DNA from: Laetmonice hystrix
Lineage: Eukaryota
DNA length: 64,000 nt
Assembly: GCA_965235115.1 (NCBI GenBank)
Contig: OZ249439.1
Location: 33,978,001-34,042,000, forward strand
Direction of reading: 5' to 3'
Shown here: positions 62,488 to 64,000 of the stretch, one piece after another
How positions within the stretch are numbered: the stretch's first letter is position 1
Layout of the letters: the number at the start of each line of letters is the position of its first letter
Notes under the pieces: generated by a model
Database searches by the model: none
Told to the model about the DNA's origin: nothing
The model's input: the letters and a program-made list of their open reading frames with translations, nothing else
Position numbers and translations under genes: made by a program

Positions 62488-63248
62488 AGCCACGCTCCCA
62501 CTGTGCGATTATTTCAAAGTCGGCCGAATATTTGAGTCAGCCGAATATTTAGGTACGATCTCGTCATGTTCGGCTGATTACCGCTAACCGATTATCGGCT
62601 GACTTGGGCGCTCCCACTCTATGATTCGCGCGGGAATTTAGGCCGACAGCCCCCACCCTGACCTCCACCGGCACTGAGCAGACCTGTCTCGTGCCATTAA
62701 CCTTGCCCTTGGCCTTTGTATCAGCCAGGCACGCACACTCTGAATCTAAATCCTGGAATATTCTGCTGAAGGAAATATCCACGTTCCTGGATGAATTTTG
62801 TATCAATTTTGCGCGGGGGGCCGGGGGGGCTAGAGAATTAGGATCAGGGTAGGCCAAGGCAACGCCGGGTAACGTTAAAGCCGCGTCATGGCGGCCGAGA
62901 GACAGTTTCTGAATAATAAGACAACCTGTATAGGCCTACATCCAATCCTGTCAGCTATTTCCCCGAGAGCCTTCCCCTTGGCATCCTTCTTGTGGTAATC
63001 GGGGTGTGTTTAGTCATAAACTTTATGATAAAGATTGGGATACTGCCCCCAGAGTTCCATCAAGTTGTCCTCTAATGTCCTGTCCCACTTAGGGCCATCC
63101 GCCATGATGATACACAAGTGCCTCATCACCTGGCAGGCCTAGTCACATGATTCGTACGTGCTGTTTGATTGGTCAGCCTATTAAATTTCATCAACTCGAC
63201 TCAAATATTCGGCCGACTCTGAAATAATCGCACAGTGGCAGCGTGGCT
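62488..63248 (-). mobile_element. Harbinger deletion derivative with a MADF-domain remnant (~62940-63105)
   Basis: tta|agccacgctcccactgtgcgattatttc ... gaaataatcgcacagtggcagcgtggct|tta; MADGPKWDRTLEDNLMELWGQYPNLY..HPDYHKKDAKGKALGEIA with a stop. Confidence 0.8.
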
Positions 63249-63589
63249 TTAGAGATCGCCAGAGACTCAGTAACATTGTTTCTAACCTAAGTTACATCCA
63301 GTGCCCTCCATTTTAATTCAGTTCCCGTTCGACGTCACATGACTTGTGGTAGCGGCACCTAATATCAATCCTGAATGATCTGGGTTGCACTACTGAGCAT
63401 TGTATCAGCTTGGAAGTTAGTTTCCGTGGCACAGACCATATCACATTATCAGTTCTGCCAGCAGAATCTCCCGGTAAAGAAGTGTGAATGTAGGCTTAGC
63501 ATTTTTTTTATTTTTTTTTATTATGCATATTTTGACAGGGGAACCCACTCGACTTGTCAGCCGCCATTAATGTAGGGCCCTGTGATACA

Positions 63590-64000
63590 TTAACGTATTA
63601 TACACTTTCACACATACATTCTACATTACCTTGTATGTACAGTATATAGTTTTACACATCCTTCTTAGCACTTAACAATTACATATAATATTTCTGCACT
63701 TACACATTCACTTTCGTATACAATTTAACCCATGCTTCTTAGAGCTTCTTACGAGATAAATCTATCTTTTCCCCCTAGTGTCTTTCATTCATGTACATAT
63801 TATTATAATATTTTTTAATCTCTACTTTAAATTCCTTCTTGTCCTTTAGGTTTCTCATGTAAACTGGTAGTTCGTTCCAAAGTGTAGGCCCAGTGTAGCT
63901 ATTACATTTCTTAAAATGCTCACTCCTAGGTCTGGGTACTTCTAATAGAACTGCATCATGTGCTCTTGTAATGTTTGATTGAGCTATTCTGGAAGTGTTT
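63590..64000 (-). mobile_element. 3' end of a CR1/L2-clade LINE running off the window
   Basis: Minus-strand frame TRAHDAVLLEVPRPRSEHFKKCNSYTGPTLWNELPVYMRN...EFK is typical of the ORF2 C-terminus. Confidence 0.7.

Overview
Animal (metazoan, probably invertebrate) nuclear DNA with spliceosomal introns, made almost entirely of nested mobile elements; I found no ordinary host gene. The main contents are: (1) a minus-strand multi-exon gene joining a SETD8/PR-Set7-like SET domain (26.1-27.3 kb), through an acidic linker of duplicated phase-1 mini-exons, to a zinc-finger plus tyrosine-recombinase (YR) exon (1.9-3.95 kb), which carries one stop and one frameshift; (2) a second, more degraded gene of the same YR family at 58.7-61.3 kb; (3) a full-length 13.1-kb PIF/Harbinger element with a 5-exon transposase, a 6-exon Myb/SANT gene and a possible third spliced gene, lying in a deep nest inside one intron of gene 1; (4) an Ngaro-type YR retrotransposon with identical split direct repeats, dead ORFs and an SGNH hydrolase remnant placed upstream of gag; (5) an intact pogo transposon whose ORF has a coding minisatellite and a PHD finger; (6) an apparently intact 15-exon hAT transposon; (7) a DIRS1-like 3' end, two LINE 3' fragments and many MITEs. 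All exon models were assembled by eye from splice sites and reading phase; no database searches were run.
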